The translations under genes and the position numbers were made by a program. From the NCBI GenBank assembly GCA_038206475.1, contig JBBRAU010000001.1:3317-67316 (forward strand): DNA of 64,000 nt. The letters run 5' to 3'. Position 1 is the first letter of the stretch, and each line of letters opens with the position of its first letter. The stretch comes from Patescibacteria group bacterium. Its GTDB lineage: Bacteria > Patescibacteriota > UBA1384 > JBBRAU01. This document shows, piece after piece, positions 37,909-46,619 of this stretch. Below the pieces are notes generated by a model that was not told the origin of the DNA, made no database searches, and saw only the letters and a program-made list of their open reading frames with translations.

Positions 37909-39099
37909 TTAGCGCCAGCGCAGAGTCAGAATATCACGGTGGACAAATTGGTCATCCCGTCCGTACATAAACTGATTTACTATAAAGTAGCCCAATGGCT
38001 TTAAATCGTCAAGCAGTAATTCAGCAATGCCGCCGTACCGCCAACATGGCAAAGCAATCACGACGCAGCCGCCAGGCCTAATCATTTTGGCGAGGCTGGC
38101 AAAAAACTGTTGGTAAAGCGGCAGCAGCTGTTGCTGCAGCGCCTGTGTTTGCGGCCGGCTCAGTGGCGCATGCAGCGCCGGGCCAAGATAGCCTTCGGTC
38201 ACGACCACTGCCGGTCGAGATGCCTGCAAGCTCGGCTGATTGTCTAGGACAGTAGCATTGCCCAGCTCAATCTGAACGTCGGGTAAATTCGATTGCTGCC
38301 GCTTTAGCCAAGCCATATTTTTTTCGGAGAGCGCCACCTGGGCCGGGTCACTGTCCAAACCGATTGCCGGAAGCCCAAGCAGCAGCGCTTCCATGAGTAC
38401 CGTGCCCGTACCGCAAAATGGGTCCAGTACCCGCGGCTTGGGCGAGCTTAGTGGCTCGGGCAATGCAATATTCAGCATCATGCGGGCCAATTTAGGTGGC
38501 AACATGCCCTTTTTAGCGTCACGGCCAACTTTGCCAACGTCACGTTCGGCCCAGTCGTCCACTTCTTGTATCTGCGTGGTTTGGCCAAGAAACAGCTGGT
38601 TGCCGGCCAAGAAGAGCAAAAACTCCACATTACCCTCAATGAGCTGATGCTTAGCCACTGCTTTGGCTGACAGCTCCTCCCGACCTTCCGGCAGCACAAA
38701 ACGCAAGCTCTGTGCCTCAGGCTGATCGTGCTTGTAGAGGCGCTTGACCGCCTTGGCCAAATTAAGCAGACGCGCTGGCGACCAGCCGGCACCGACCACA
38801 GAGAAACCAACCGACAGCTTACTGCCCGTTGTCTGTTTACCGAGCTCACTTGCGAGCAGGCGGGCAAGTGCCCCTTCGTCAAGACGGCCACCGCGGGCTT
38901 CAAGAACCGTGAGCAATTTGGCCTGGCGAACACTGCCGCCAAGCTCGGAGAACAGCCCAGGCGTCAACGGCTCCTCAAGCAGCAGCATCCTGGGGGCAAC
39001 ACGGCGAACGGGAGTTCTTCGGCGATGCCGGCCCAACACGGCAGCAACCTCTGCCGCTGCTAGCTCCGGAGTTCGACCAAGCTCGATGAGCGTTTGCAT
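37909..39099 (-). CDS. Class I SAM-dependent methyltransferase, Trm11/RlmL-like (putative RNA m2G MTase) with non-canonical motif IV
   Basis: Motif I VLDPFCGTGTVLMEA. TEGY occupies the position where (D/N/S)PP(Y/F) is expected. Confidence 0.6.
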   Translation of the reverse strand: MQTLIELGRTPELAAAEVAAVLGRHRRRTPVRRVAPRMLLLEEPLTPGLFSELGGSVRQAKLLTVLEARGGRLDEGALARLLASELGKQTTGSKLSVGFSVVGAGWSPARLLNLAKAVKRLYKHDQPEAQSLRFVLPEGREELSAKAVAKHQLIEGNVEFLLFLAGNQLFLGQTTQIQEVDDWAERDVGKVGRDAKKGMLPPKLARMMLNIALPEPLSSPKPRVLDPFCGTGTVLMEALLLGLPAIGLDSDPAQVALSEKNMAWLKRQQSNLPDVQIELGNATVLDNQPSLQASRPAVVVTEGYLGPALHAPLSRPQTQALQQQLLPLYQQFFASLAKMIRPGGCVVIALPCWRYGGIAELLLDDLKPLGYFIVNQFMYGRDDQFVHRDILTLRWR

Positions 39100-39146
39100 G
39101 GCCTGAGCGTAGCAGGGAAGCTGGAGGGGGCCAAATCGGCGGCCCG

Positions 39147-39584
39147 CTAGCCTTCAATCAGAAGAATGTCTAACTCGCTCACGCGGCGAAAGTCGCGGTC
39201 AGCGGTGACAAAGCCGGTGGCGCCTTGCTCTACAAGGGAGGCCAGGATAAGGCCGTCAACGACTTTCAGTCGGTTGCTTGCGGTGATCCGCGCCGCCAGT
39301 CGGGCCGTGGAGAGGCTGATTGGCGCAAACAAAAAGCGGCCATTGGCCAGCGCTATTTCGTATTGGCCAACCACGTCGGGCCGGTTATCTTGCGCTGGTT
39401 TCAAGGTCAACTCCGCCACTGAAACAACGGACAAATAGAGCAGCGTTTGATGATGGTCGAGCGCCTGTAAGAGTTGTGCCACCTGTCTCTTGTAGCTTGC
39501 CAGCTGCTCGACCAGCGCAATCAGAATATTGGTGTCGAGGCCAACCTTCTTGTGCTGGCCCAGAAATTGCTCAACTGCGGTCAC
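39147..39584 (-). CDS. vapC: PIN-domain ribonuclease toxin VapC
   Basis: N-terminal D (GLDTNILIA) and conserved acidic residues. 4-codon overlap with the upstream antitoxin gene. Confidence 0.8.
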   Translation of the reverse strand: MTAVEQFLGQHKKVGLDTNILIALVEQLASYKRQVAQLLQALDHHQTLLYLSVVSVAELTLKPAQDNRPDVVGQYEIALANGRFLFAPISLSTARLAARITASNRLKVVDGLILASLVEQGATGFVTADRDFRRVSELDILLIEG

Positions 39585-39825
39585 GGCGCAATCCCCGAAC
39601 GTAGCGAACCGGATCGACTTTCTTCCACAACTCGGGGTGCGGATCGTCTAAATCGGCCAGCCACTCCTGCCAACTAGGCTTTTTAGTTGAAACTTTGCGC
39701 ACCAATAGTGCTTCAGCTCCCCACGGTAGCCACTCGATTTGACTCCCCTCATGCAATTGGTACTGCTCCCGCAGCTCTTGCGGAATAACCGTCTGGCCCT
39801 TGCTGCTTATTTTTGTCTTACTCAT
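39571..39825 (-). CDS. vapB: AbrB/MazE/SpoVT-type antitoxin (VapB-like)
   Basis: SSKGQTVIPQELRE looped-hinge helix motif. Confidence 0.75.
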   Translation of the reverse strand: MSKTKISSKGQTVIPQELREQYQLHEGSQIEWLPWGAEALLVRKVSTKKPSWQEWLADLDDPHPELWKKVDPVRYVRGLRRDRS

Positions 39826-39913
39826 GTCTTACTCCAATCTTACTATGATTATCTGACGCTTTGGCACTTCTGTCAATACTGACAGTTTGGCCGCTTTGAC
39901 GTATACTTTGGAC

Positions 39914-42900
39914 ATGCCAGAGTTTGTTCATCTGCACGTCCATTCGCAGTATTCGCTGCTTGATGGCATGGGTAAAATCCCTGATTTAATTGGCCGGGCC
40001 AAAGAGTTAAACATGCCGGCAATCGCTCTGACTGACCACGGGGTGATGCACGGCTCAATTGAGTTCTACAAAGCGGCCAAAAAGGCGGGCATTAAGCCGA
40101 TTGTCGGCTGTGAAATTTACATCTCTCCGCGCAAGATGACGGACAAAGAGGGCAAAGTGGACCAAAAAGCCTTCCACTTAACGCTCCTCGCCAAAAACGC
40201 CGTCGGCTACAAAAACTTAATTGCTCTCACCTCGGCCGGTCACACGCTTGGCTACTACTACAAACCGCGCGTGGACAAAGCGTTCTTGCGCCAGCATGCG
40301 GAGGGCTTAATTTGCTTAACCGGCTGCTTGGCGGCCGAGATTCCGCGGGCAATCATCGCCGGCGATGAGGCCAAAGTAGATGCCCTGGTTAAAGAGTACT
40401 TTGCCATTTTTGGCAAAGACAACGTCTACTTTGAAATTCAGGACCACCCTAACATTGAAGAGTGCCAAAAAATTGTCGAGGTGGTGCCACAGCTCGCCAA
40501 AAAGTACGGCCGGCCGGTTGTTGCCACCAACGATGTTCACTACGTGCGGGCTGAGGATGCAGAGGCACAAGATGTGCTGGTCTGTATTTCGACCGGCAAG
40601 CAATTGGCCGATACGAATCGCATGAGCTACATCGGCACTGATTACTCGCTGCGCACGGCAGAGGACATCGCCGCGGCCTTCAAGCAGGTACCAGAGTCCC
40701 TGGAGACAACGCTACACATTGCCGAGCAATGCAACTTGGAGCTGGAGCTTGGCAACACCATTTTGCCGCACTTCCCCGTGCCGGAGGGCGAAACGCAGGA
40801 CTCGTGGTTTGAAACGCAGTGCTGGCAGGGTTTGATGGCCAGGTACGGCGAGCAAGTGCCAGAAGGGCACAAAGAACGCCTCAAGTACGAGTTGGGCGTT
40901 ATTCGCCAGATGGGCTACGCCGCCTACTTTCTGATTGTCCAAGACTTTGTGCTCTGGGCCAAGAGCCGCAACATTGCCGTCGGTCCCGGTCGCGGTTCAG
41001 CCGCTGGCTCAATTGCCGCCTACTGCCTGCAAATAACCGATTTAGACCCGATGGAACACCGCCTGCTGTTTGAGCGCTTCCTGAACCCTGAGCGCGTCAG
41101 CATGCCGGATATTGATATGGATTTTGAGGACACCCGGCGAGGAGAAGTGATTGGCTATGTAACGCAAAAATACGGGCCCGACCATGTCTCGCAAATCTGC
41201 ACCTTTGGTACAATGGCAGCTAAAAACGCCGTACGCGACGTGGGACGCGTACTTGGTATTCCCTACGGCGACGTCGACACCATCGCTAAGCTCATTCCAG
41301 AAAAAATGAACTTGAAACAGGCCCGTTCGGCCACGCCAGAGCTGGAGATGTTGATTAAAACCGATCCTAGAATTAGCCAACTCTACGGCTTTGCCGAGAA
41401 GCTCGAAGGCAACGCCCGCCACACCGGCATGCATGCGGCCGGTATTGTGATCTCACGCGAACCGCTGACGGAATACTTGCCGGTCATGGCCGCAACCAAA
41501 GGTGAGGCTGAGCTGGTGACGCAGTACGCCATGGGCGAAATTGAGGACATTGGCCTCCTCAAGATGGACTTTTTGGGTCTGGCCAACCTATCGATCATCC
41601 AAAATGCAGTGCGCTTAATTGAAGAGACGCACGGCAAAAAGATTGATATCGCCAACGTGCCACTTGACGATAAAGAAACCTACAAACTGCTGTCGCGGGC
41701 TGAGACGATGGGCGTGTTTCAAATTGAGTGTTTAGCCGGTGATACCATCGTCTCCAACACAACCATCAAGAAACTGCACGAGAAGCAGCATAAAAAAACG
41801 TTGGAATCGGTGTATGTAGACGAGGGTGCGGTGCACCACAATCGGATTCTGGGCGTCGTGAAAAGCGGCAAAAAACCGGTATATACCGTGATTGCCGAAA
41901 ATGGCTGGTGTATTAAAGCAAGCGCCAAGCATAAGTTTCTGACCGACCAGGGCTGGCAAGAGCTGCAAGCCATTCGGCCGGGCGACAAGGTTCTTATGAA
42001 AAACAAGGCGAAACATGTGGTGTTTAATGAGTGTCGGAGTTGCGGCCAGCAAATCAGCGGTCAAAAGGAAGGTCAGAGCCGCTACTGCTACACTTGCTCG
42101 GCCCGTCACTACAGCAACCCCAGCAAACCGATCTCCCGGGCAAAAATTACTGCTGCCCGCTTGGCCTACTACGCGGATGGTCATGAGCCTTGGAATAAAG
42201 GCAAGGATGTCCACTCTGATGAGCGCGTTCGAGCAACCGGCCAGAAAATTAGCCGAGCCTTGACTGGCCTGACTTTAGAAATGAAATTTGGACCGGAAGA
42301 AGCGGCGAGAAAAAGGCACGAGCAGAGCATGCGGATGTCTGGCCGAGGTAACCACATGTTTGGCGTGAAGCCACCGCATCGCAAAGGCGGCTATCGGGCC
42401 GATTTGGGGCACTACGTACGCTCAAATTGGGAAGCAGACTTTGCCCGTATCCTTAATCTTCACCACATTCCCTACCTGTATGAACCCCACACCTTTCCGG
42501 TTGAACTGCCAGACGGCCAAGTTGCCAACTACACCCCCGACTTTTATGTGCCCTCCGAAGAGACCTACTACGAAATTAAAGGTTTTATGCGCGACATTGA
42601 CCAGGCGAAAATGGATGCCTTTGAAACCCAGTACCCGCATAAAAAATTGGTTTTAATTAATACCACTACCTTTGCTGAGTTTGCGATGACCTACCGCTCG
42701 CTGGTGGCTTGGGAGTGCCCAAAGATTCCTGAGCAACAGTTTGCTTTTCAGACCGTGCAAGCAATTCGCCCGGCCGGCATTGAGGAAACCTACGACATCA
42801 GTATGGAGGCACCAGGCAATAATTTTGTGGCCAACGGTTTTGTCGTCCATAATTCTGCCGGCATGCGGCGTTACTTAGCAGAGCTCAAGCCCACCAAGTT

Positions 42901-44584
42901 TACCGATATTGTGGCCATGGTGGCGCTCTACCGTCCGGGGCCGATGGAACGTATTCCAACGTACATCAACAGAAAGCACGGCCGCGAGACGGTCACGTAT
43001 TTGCACCCGGATTTGAAAGATATTTTGGAGGATACCTACGGCGTCTTAGTTTACCAAGAACAGGTGCAGGAGATGGCCCAAAAGTTTGCCGGCTTTTCAC
43101 TGGGCGAGGGCTACCTACTGGTCAAAGCGGTCGCCAAAAAAAAGAAAGAGCTGCTGGACGAGCAGCGCATTAAATTCATAGAGGGGGCCAAAAAAATTGG
43201 CAACTCCGAGCAGATGGCGGGACAGCTGTTTGACTTCATCGAGCCGTTTGCCCGCTACGGTTTTAACCGGGCCCACTCGGCCTGCTACGCCTACATTGCT
43301 TACCAAACAGCCTACCTGAAGGCGCACTATCCGGCGGAGTTTATGGCTGCCTGGCTGATTGCCGAGCAACAAAACATCGAAAAGATGACCGTAGCACTTG
43401 AGGAGTGCGAGCGGATGAAATTGCCGATGCTGCCACCGGACATTAACCGCTCCCGCGTTGATTTTGCCGTTGTCCGGGACAAAGCAGCTGAAGGCCGCGA
43501 AGAGATCTTGTTTGGCCTCTCGGCAATCAAGAATGTCGGTATCTCGCCGGCGACAGCCATTGTCGCCGAGCGTGAACAACATGGGCCGTTTGATTCACTA
43601 ACCGACTTATTGCGCCGGCTAGGCACGAAACACCTCAACAAAAAGGTACTAGAAGCTCTGGCACAAGTCGGGGCGCTTGACCGCTTCGGTGAACGCAACG
43701 TCCTAGTCCTGGGGGTTGAGGAGATGACGATCTACATGCATAACGCCGAGAAACAACTTAGCGCCAACATGGACAGCCTGTTCGGTGAGGCGATTGCCGT
43801 CGAGGAGCCAGAGCTCTATCTGCCGCCGCAGCCGCCAGCGGATATTACGGTCCAGTTAGGTTGGGAGAAGGGCTTACTCGGCATTTATCTGTCAGAACAC
43901 CCGGCGACCAGCGTTGCTAAACGGCTGGGCTCGACTATTCAGACTATCGGCCAATTCAGTCTGCGTGACCGTGACAAAATGGTTCGCTTGGCCGGCGTAG
44001 TCGGCAGCGTCAAAAAAATCATCACTAAATCTAATCAAGCCATGGCTTTTGCCAGGTTAGAGGACGCCAGCGGCAACATTGAGGCCGTCGTTTTTCCAAG
44101 CGTGCTCGAGACGACTCATGACTTTTGGCAAACCGAGCGGCTGCTGATTGTGACTGGCCGCTTAAACGACAAAGACGGCTCGCTGAAGCTATTGGTTGAG
44201 TCCGTCATTCCTTATACCGATGAGCTTGACCCGACCAATTTGCCGGAAGTGTCGCAAACGTCGGTCCGACGTCCCCGGCCGAGCGGCCAACCAGACGCAG
44301 TTATGAACCAGGCAGCCGTATCAGCGAGCTCACCCGTCGATGTGAGTCTGCCACCAAGTATCAGTGCGGTGCGACTACAAATGAACGGCAATTTGAGTCG
44401 TCCGCTTTTAGAAGAACTGCGGGGCATTTTAAGCAGCCACAGCGGCAGTGTGCCGATTGTGCTGGCTATCTTGAAGAACAATCAAGAGAAACAGTACCGA
44501 TTGCCAGCCGGCGTTAGCCCAAGTCCACTTTTGAAACGGCAGCTCAGCCGATTGCTTGGCGAGGAAGCGATTGTCCTGCAGTAG
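39914..44584 (+). CDS. dnaE: DNA polymerase III alpha subunit DnaE containing an in-frame 375-aa intein
   Basis: PHP N-terminus (MPEFVHLHVHSQYSLLDG), GVFQIE...SAGMRRYL..., fingers/OB domains. 1556-1565 aa versus ~1180 expected. Confidence 0.9.
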   Translation: MPEFVHLHVHSQYSLLDGMGKIPDLIGRAKELNMPAIALTDHGVMHGSIEFYKAAKKAGIKPIVGCEIYISPRKMTDKEGKVDQKAFHLTLLAKNAVGYKNLIALTSAGHTLGYYYKPRVDKAFLRQHAEGLICLTGCLAAEIPRAIIAGDEAKVDALVKEYFAIFGKDNVYFEIQDHPNIEECQKIVEVVPQLAKKYGRPVVATNDVHYVRAEDAEAQDVLVCISTGKQLADTNRMSYIGTDYSLRTAEDIAAAFKQVPESLETTLHIAEQCNLELELGNTILPHFPVPEGETQDSWFETQCWQGLMARYGEQVPEGHKERLKYELGVIRQMGYAAYFLIVQDFVLWAKSRNIAVGPGRGSAAGSIAAYCLQITDLDPMEHRLLFERFLNPERVSMPDIDMDFEDTRRGEVIGYVTQKYGPDHVSQICTFGTMAAKNAVRDVGRVLGIPYGDVDTIAKLIPEKMNLKQARSATPELEMLIKTDPRISQLYGFAEKLEGNARHTGMHAAGIVISREPLTEYLPVMAATKGEAELVTQYAMGEIEDIGLLKMDFLGLANLSIIQNAVRLIEETHGKKIDIANVPLDDKETYKLLSRAETMGVFQIECLAGDTIVSNTTIKKLHEKQHKKTLESVYVDEGAVHHNRILGVVKSGKKPVYTVIAENGWCIKASAKHKFLTDQGWQELQAIRPGDKVLMKNKAKHVVFNECRSCGQQISGQKEGQSRYCYTCSARHYSNPSKPISRAKITAARLAYYADGHEPWNKGKDVHSDERVRATGQKISRALTGLTLEMKFGPEEAARKRHEQSMRMSGRGNHMFGVKPPHRKGGYRADLGHYVRSNWEADFARILNLHHIPYLYEPHTFPVELPDGQVANYTPDFYVPSEETYYEIKGFMRDIDQAKMDAFETQYPHKKLVLINTTTFAEFAMTYRSLVAWECPKIPEQQFAFQTVQAIRPAGIEETYDISMEAPGNNFVANGFVVHNSAGMRRYLAELKPTKFTDIVAMVALYRPGPMERIPTYINRKHGRETVTYLHPDLKDILEDTYGVLVYQEQVQEMAQKFAGFSLGEGYLLVKAVAKKKKELLDEQRIKFIEGAKKIGNSEQMAGQLFDFIEPFARYGFNRAHSACYAYIAYQTAYLKAHYPAEFMAAWLIAEQQNIEKMTVALEECERMKLPMLPPDINRSRVDFAVVRDKAAEGREEILFGLSAIKNVGISPATAIVAEREQHGPFDSLTDLLRRLGTKHLNKKVLEALAQVGALDRFGERNVLVLGVEEMTIYMHNAEKQLSANMDSLFGEAIAVEEPELYLPPQPPADITVQLGWEKGLLGIYLSEHPATSVAKRLGSTIQTIGQFSLRDRDKMVRLAGVVGSVKKIITKSNQAMAFARLEDASGNIEAVVFPSVLETTHDFWQTERLLIVTGRLNDKDGSLKLLVESVIPYTDELDPTNLPEVSQTSVRRPRPSGQPDAVMNQAAVSASSPVDVSLPPSISAVRLQMNGNLSRPLLEELRGILSSHSGSVPIVLAILKNNQEKQYRLPAGVSPSPLLKRQLSRLLGEEAIVLQ
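41729..42853 (+). mobile_element. Intein in dnaE (HINT domain plus inserted zinc-ribbon and PD-(D/E)xK-like endonuclease)
   Basis: Block A CLAGDTIV after FQIE. Block B IKASAKHKFLT. Block F/G NNFVANGFVVHN followed by S+1. Exteins rejoin as FQIE|SAGMRRYLAELKP, matching E. coli FQLE|SRGMKDLIKRL. Confidence 0.8.
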
Positions 44585-44667
44585 CACAGCCCGGCCTCTT
44601 GTCAAGGCCATGGATAAGCGTACGATTAACGTATTCATAAGCCATTATTGGGGGAAGAGGAGGCGTC

Positions 44668-44880
44668 GTGGGAAAAATGAGTACGCTCGGCTGGATCGCC
44701 TTGATCCTGGTCGTGGTTGGTGGGTTGAACTGGGGCCTGGTAGCCATCAACTCAAGCTACAATGTAGTTGACTCCATTTTTGGGGTTGGCTCTAGCCTGG
44801 CCCGGATTGTTTATGGCCTGGTCGGCCTGTCCGCACTGTACATGCTTTGGATGGCCGTCTCCGGCAAGTCCAACTCGTAA
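44668..44880 (+). CDS. DUF378-family small membrane protein
   Basis: LGWIALILVVVGGLNWGLVA...RIVYGLVGLSALY. Confidence 0.6.
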   Translation: MGKMSTLGWIALILVVVGGLNWGLVAINSSYNVVDSIFGVGSSLARIVYGLVGLSALYMLWMAVSGKSNS

Positions 44881-44891
44881 CTGAGGGCAAC

Positions 44892-44922
44892 AAAAAAAGC
44901 GAGCTCCGGCCCGCTTTTTTTG
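44892..44922. terminator. Bidirectional intrinsic terminator
   Basis: A7 gcgagctccggcccgc T7. Confidence 0.6.
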
Positions 44923-44925
44923 TGT

Positions 44926-46146
44926 TTAGCACGCCAACAGAGCCAGCTGCCTAACCTCAGCCGAAACGTCTTGGCCTTGCAGGGCCAGATCGATCAAATG
45001 AGCGGTTTGGCGGAACTCGGCCTCTGTAAAGCCGCGAGTTGTCATGGCCGGTGTACCGAGACGAATACCAGACGGATTAAACGGTGTGCCGGTGTCGTAC
45101 GGGATCATATTTTTATTGCAGATGATGCCGGCGGCCTCAAGGCGTAGCGCAGCCTCTTTGCCGGAAATCTGATGATCGGTTAGGTCGACCAGTAGCAAGT
45201 GGTTGTCGGTGCCGCCGGAGACGAGACGGTAGCCGAGCGTTATTAGCTCGTCGGCCAAGGCTTGGGCGTTGCGCACGATCTGAGTAGTGTAGGCATTGAA
45301 GGCTGGCTGCGCGGCCTCGTGCAATGCCACGGCCATGGCGGCGATGGTGTTCTCATGGGGGCCGCCCTGAAGGCCCGGGAAGACGGCTTTATCAATGACT
45401 GCGCTCAGAGAGATCTTGCAAAGAATGATCGCGCCACGGGGCCCACGGAGGCTTTTATGGGTGGTTGTAGTGACCACATCAGCCATTGGCAATGGACTTG
45501 GGTGTACGCCGCCAACGATCAGGCCAGCGATATGCGAAATATCAGCCATATGGTAAGCGCCGACCGCTTCGGCAACCTGCTGAATGCGGCTAAAATCAAT
45601 CGTTCGCGGGTAGGCGGTGGCACCGGACACAATCAGTTTTGGCTTATGCTCCTGTGCCAGCTTTTCCAGCTCGTCGTAATCAATCTGCTCGGTCTCTTTA
45701 CTCACCCCGTAGTGAACAAAGTTGTACGCTTTGCCGGGAAAACTGACCGATGCGCCGTGGGTTAAATGCCCGCCGTGCGCCAAGTTCATGGCTAAAACAG
45801 TGTCACCAAACTCCAGCAGAGCACTGTAGACGGCCAAATTGGCCGGCGAACCGGAATACGGCTGGACATTAGCATGCTCGGCGTGGAACAGCGCTTTGGC
45901 CCGCTCAATTGCCAGTTGCTCAACTTGGTCTATGGTCGTGTTGCCGGCATAGTAGCGCTTGCCCGGATAACCCTCAGCGTATTTGTTCGTCAGCGCCGAG
46001 GACAAGGCCGCCCGCACAGCCGGAGAAGCGACGTTCTCCGATGGAATTAAATTAATGGTGTCGGCCTGGTACTGCGTTTCAACGACCAGCAATTTGCCAA
46101 GCTCTGGATCAATTTGAGATATTAAATTTTTAGGCACTGTTTCCAT
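44926..46146 (-). CDS. glyA: Serine hydroxymethyltransferase
   Basis: PLP-binding TTTHKSLRGPRG; 406 aa. Confidence 0.95.
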   Translation of the reverse strand: METVPKNLISQIDPELGKLLVVETQYQADTINLIPSENVASPAVRAALSSALTNKYAEGYPGKRYYAGNTTIDQVEQLAIERAKALFHAEHANVQPYSGSPANLAVYSALLEFGDTVLAMNLAHGGHLTHGASVSFPGKAYNFVHYGVSKETEQIDYDELEKLAQEHKPKLIVSGATAYPRTIDFSRIQQVAEAVGAYHMADISHIAGLIVGGVHPSPLPMADVVTTTTHKSLRGPRGAIILCKISLSAVIDKAVFPGLQGGPHENTIAAMAVALHEAAQPAFNAYTTQIVRNAQALADELITLGYRLVSGGTDNHLLLVDLTDHQISGKEAALRLEAAGIICNKNMIPYDTGTPFNPSGIRLGTPAMTTRGFTEAEFRQTAHLIDLALQGQDVSAEVRQLALLAC

Positions 46147-46584
46147 TTAGGCTCCTGTTGTGCCAAAACCACCACGGCTTGGCTGCTCAATGTTGGCCAC
46201 TTCTCGCCAAGCCACCCGCGGCAGCGCTACCAAAAAGCCTTGCGCAAGGCGCTGACCGCGCTTTACCTGCACCGGCTTGTTAGTGGTATTGCGAAATCGC
46301 AAATGAATTTCATCGCCGACGCCGGCAAAATCTGGGTCAATCAAACCGAAACTATGCGGCATTGCCAGGCCGAGTTTTGGCGTACTGCTGCGTGGTGCAA
46401 TAACCAGGCCGTAGCCCGTTGGCGTTTGGATAATCAGGTTTGACGGCAGATCGACCAACTCATCCGGCGCGATGCAAGTGGTTTTGCGGGTATACAAATC
46501 AAAACCGACTGCCCCCGCTGTGTGGTAGGCCGGCAGCGGCAAATCAGGCTCAATGCGTTTAATAGTGACGCTCAGAGGATCCAC
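46147..46584 (-). CDS. dut: dUTP diphosphatase (GTG start proposed)
   Basis: Motifs AGAVGFDL, GLIDPDFAG, RGGFGTTG. The track N-terminal extension overlaps vanW. Confidence 0.85.
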   Translation of the reverse strand: MDPLSVTIKRIEPDLPLPAYHTAGAVGFDLYTRKTTCIAPDELVDLPSNLIIQTPTGYGLVIAPRSSTPKLGLAMPHSFGLIDPDFAGVGDEIHLRFRNTTNKPVQVKRGQRLAQGFLVALPRVAWREVANIEQPSRGGFGTTGA

Positions 46585-46619
46585 CCCTCGACGGTAGCAG
46601 AAAACTGGCCGCTCGGCGC

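Noticed and set aside
43135-43146. A8-G-A3 tract in dnaE resembling the dnaX programmed-frameshift slippery sequence A AAA AAG.
   Set aside because: It encodes the conserved lysine run (AKKKKE) found at the same DnaE position in other bacteria (E. coli MGKKKPEE). There is no downstream stop or structure suggesting programmed frameshifting.
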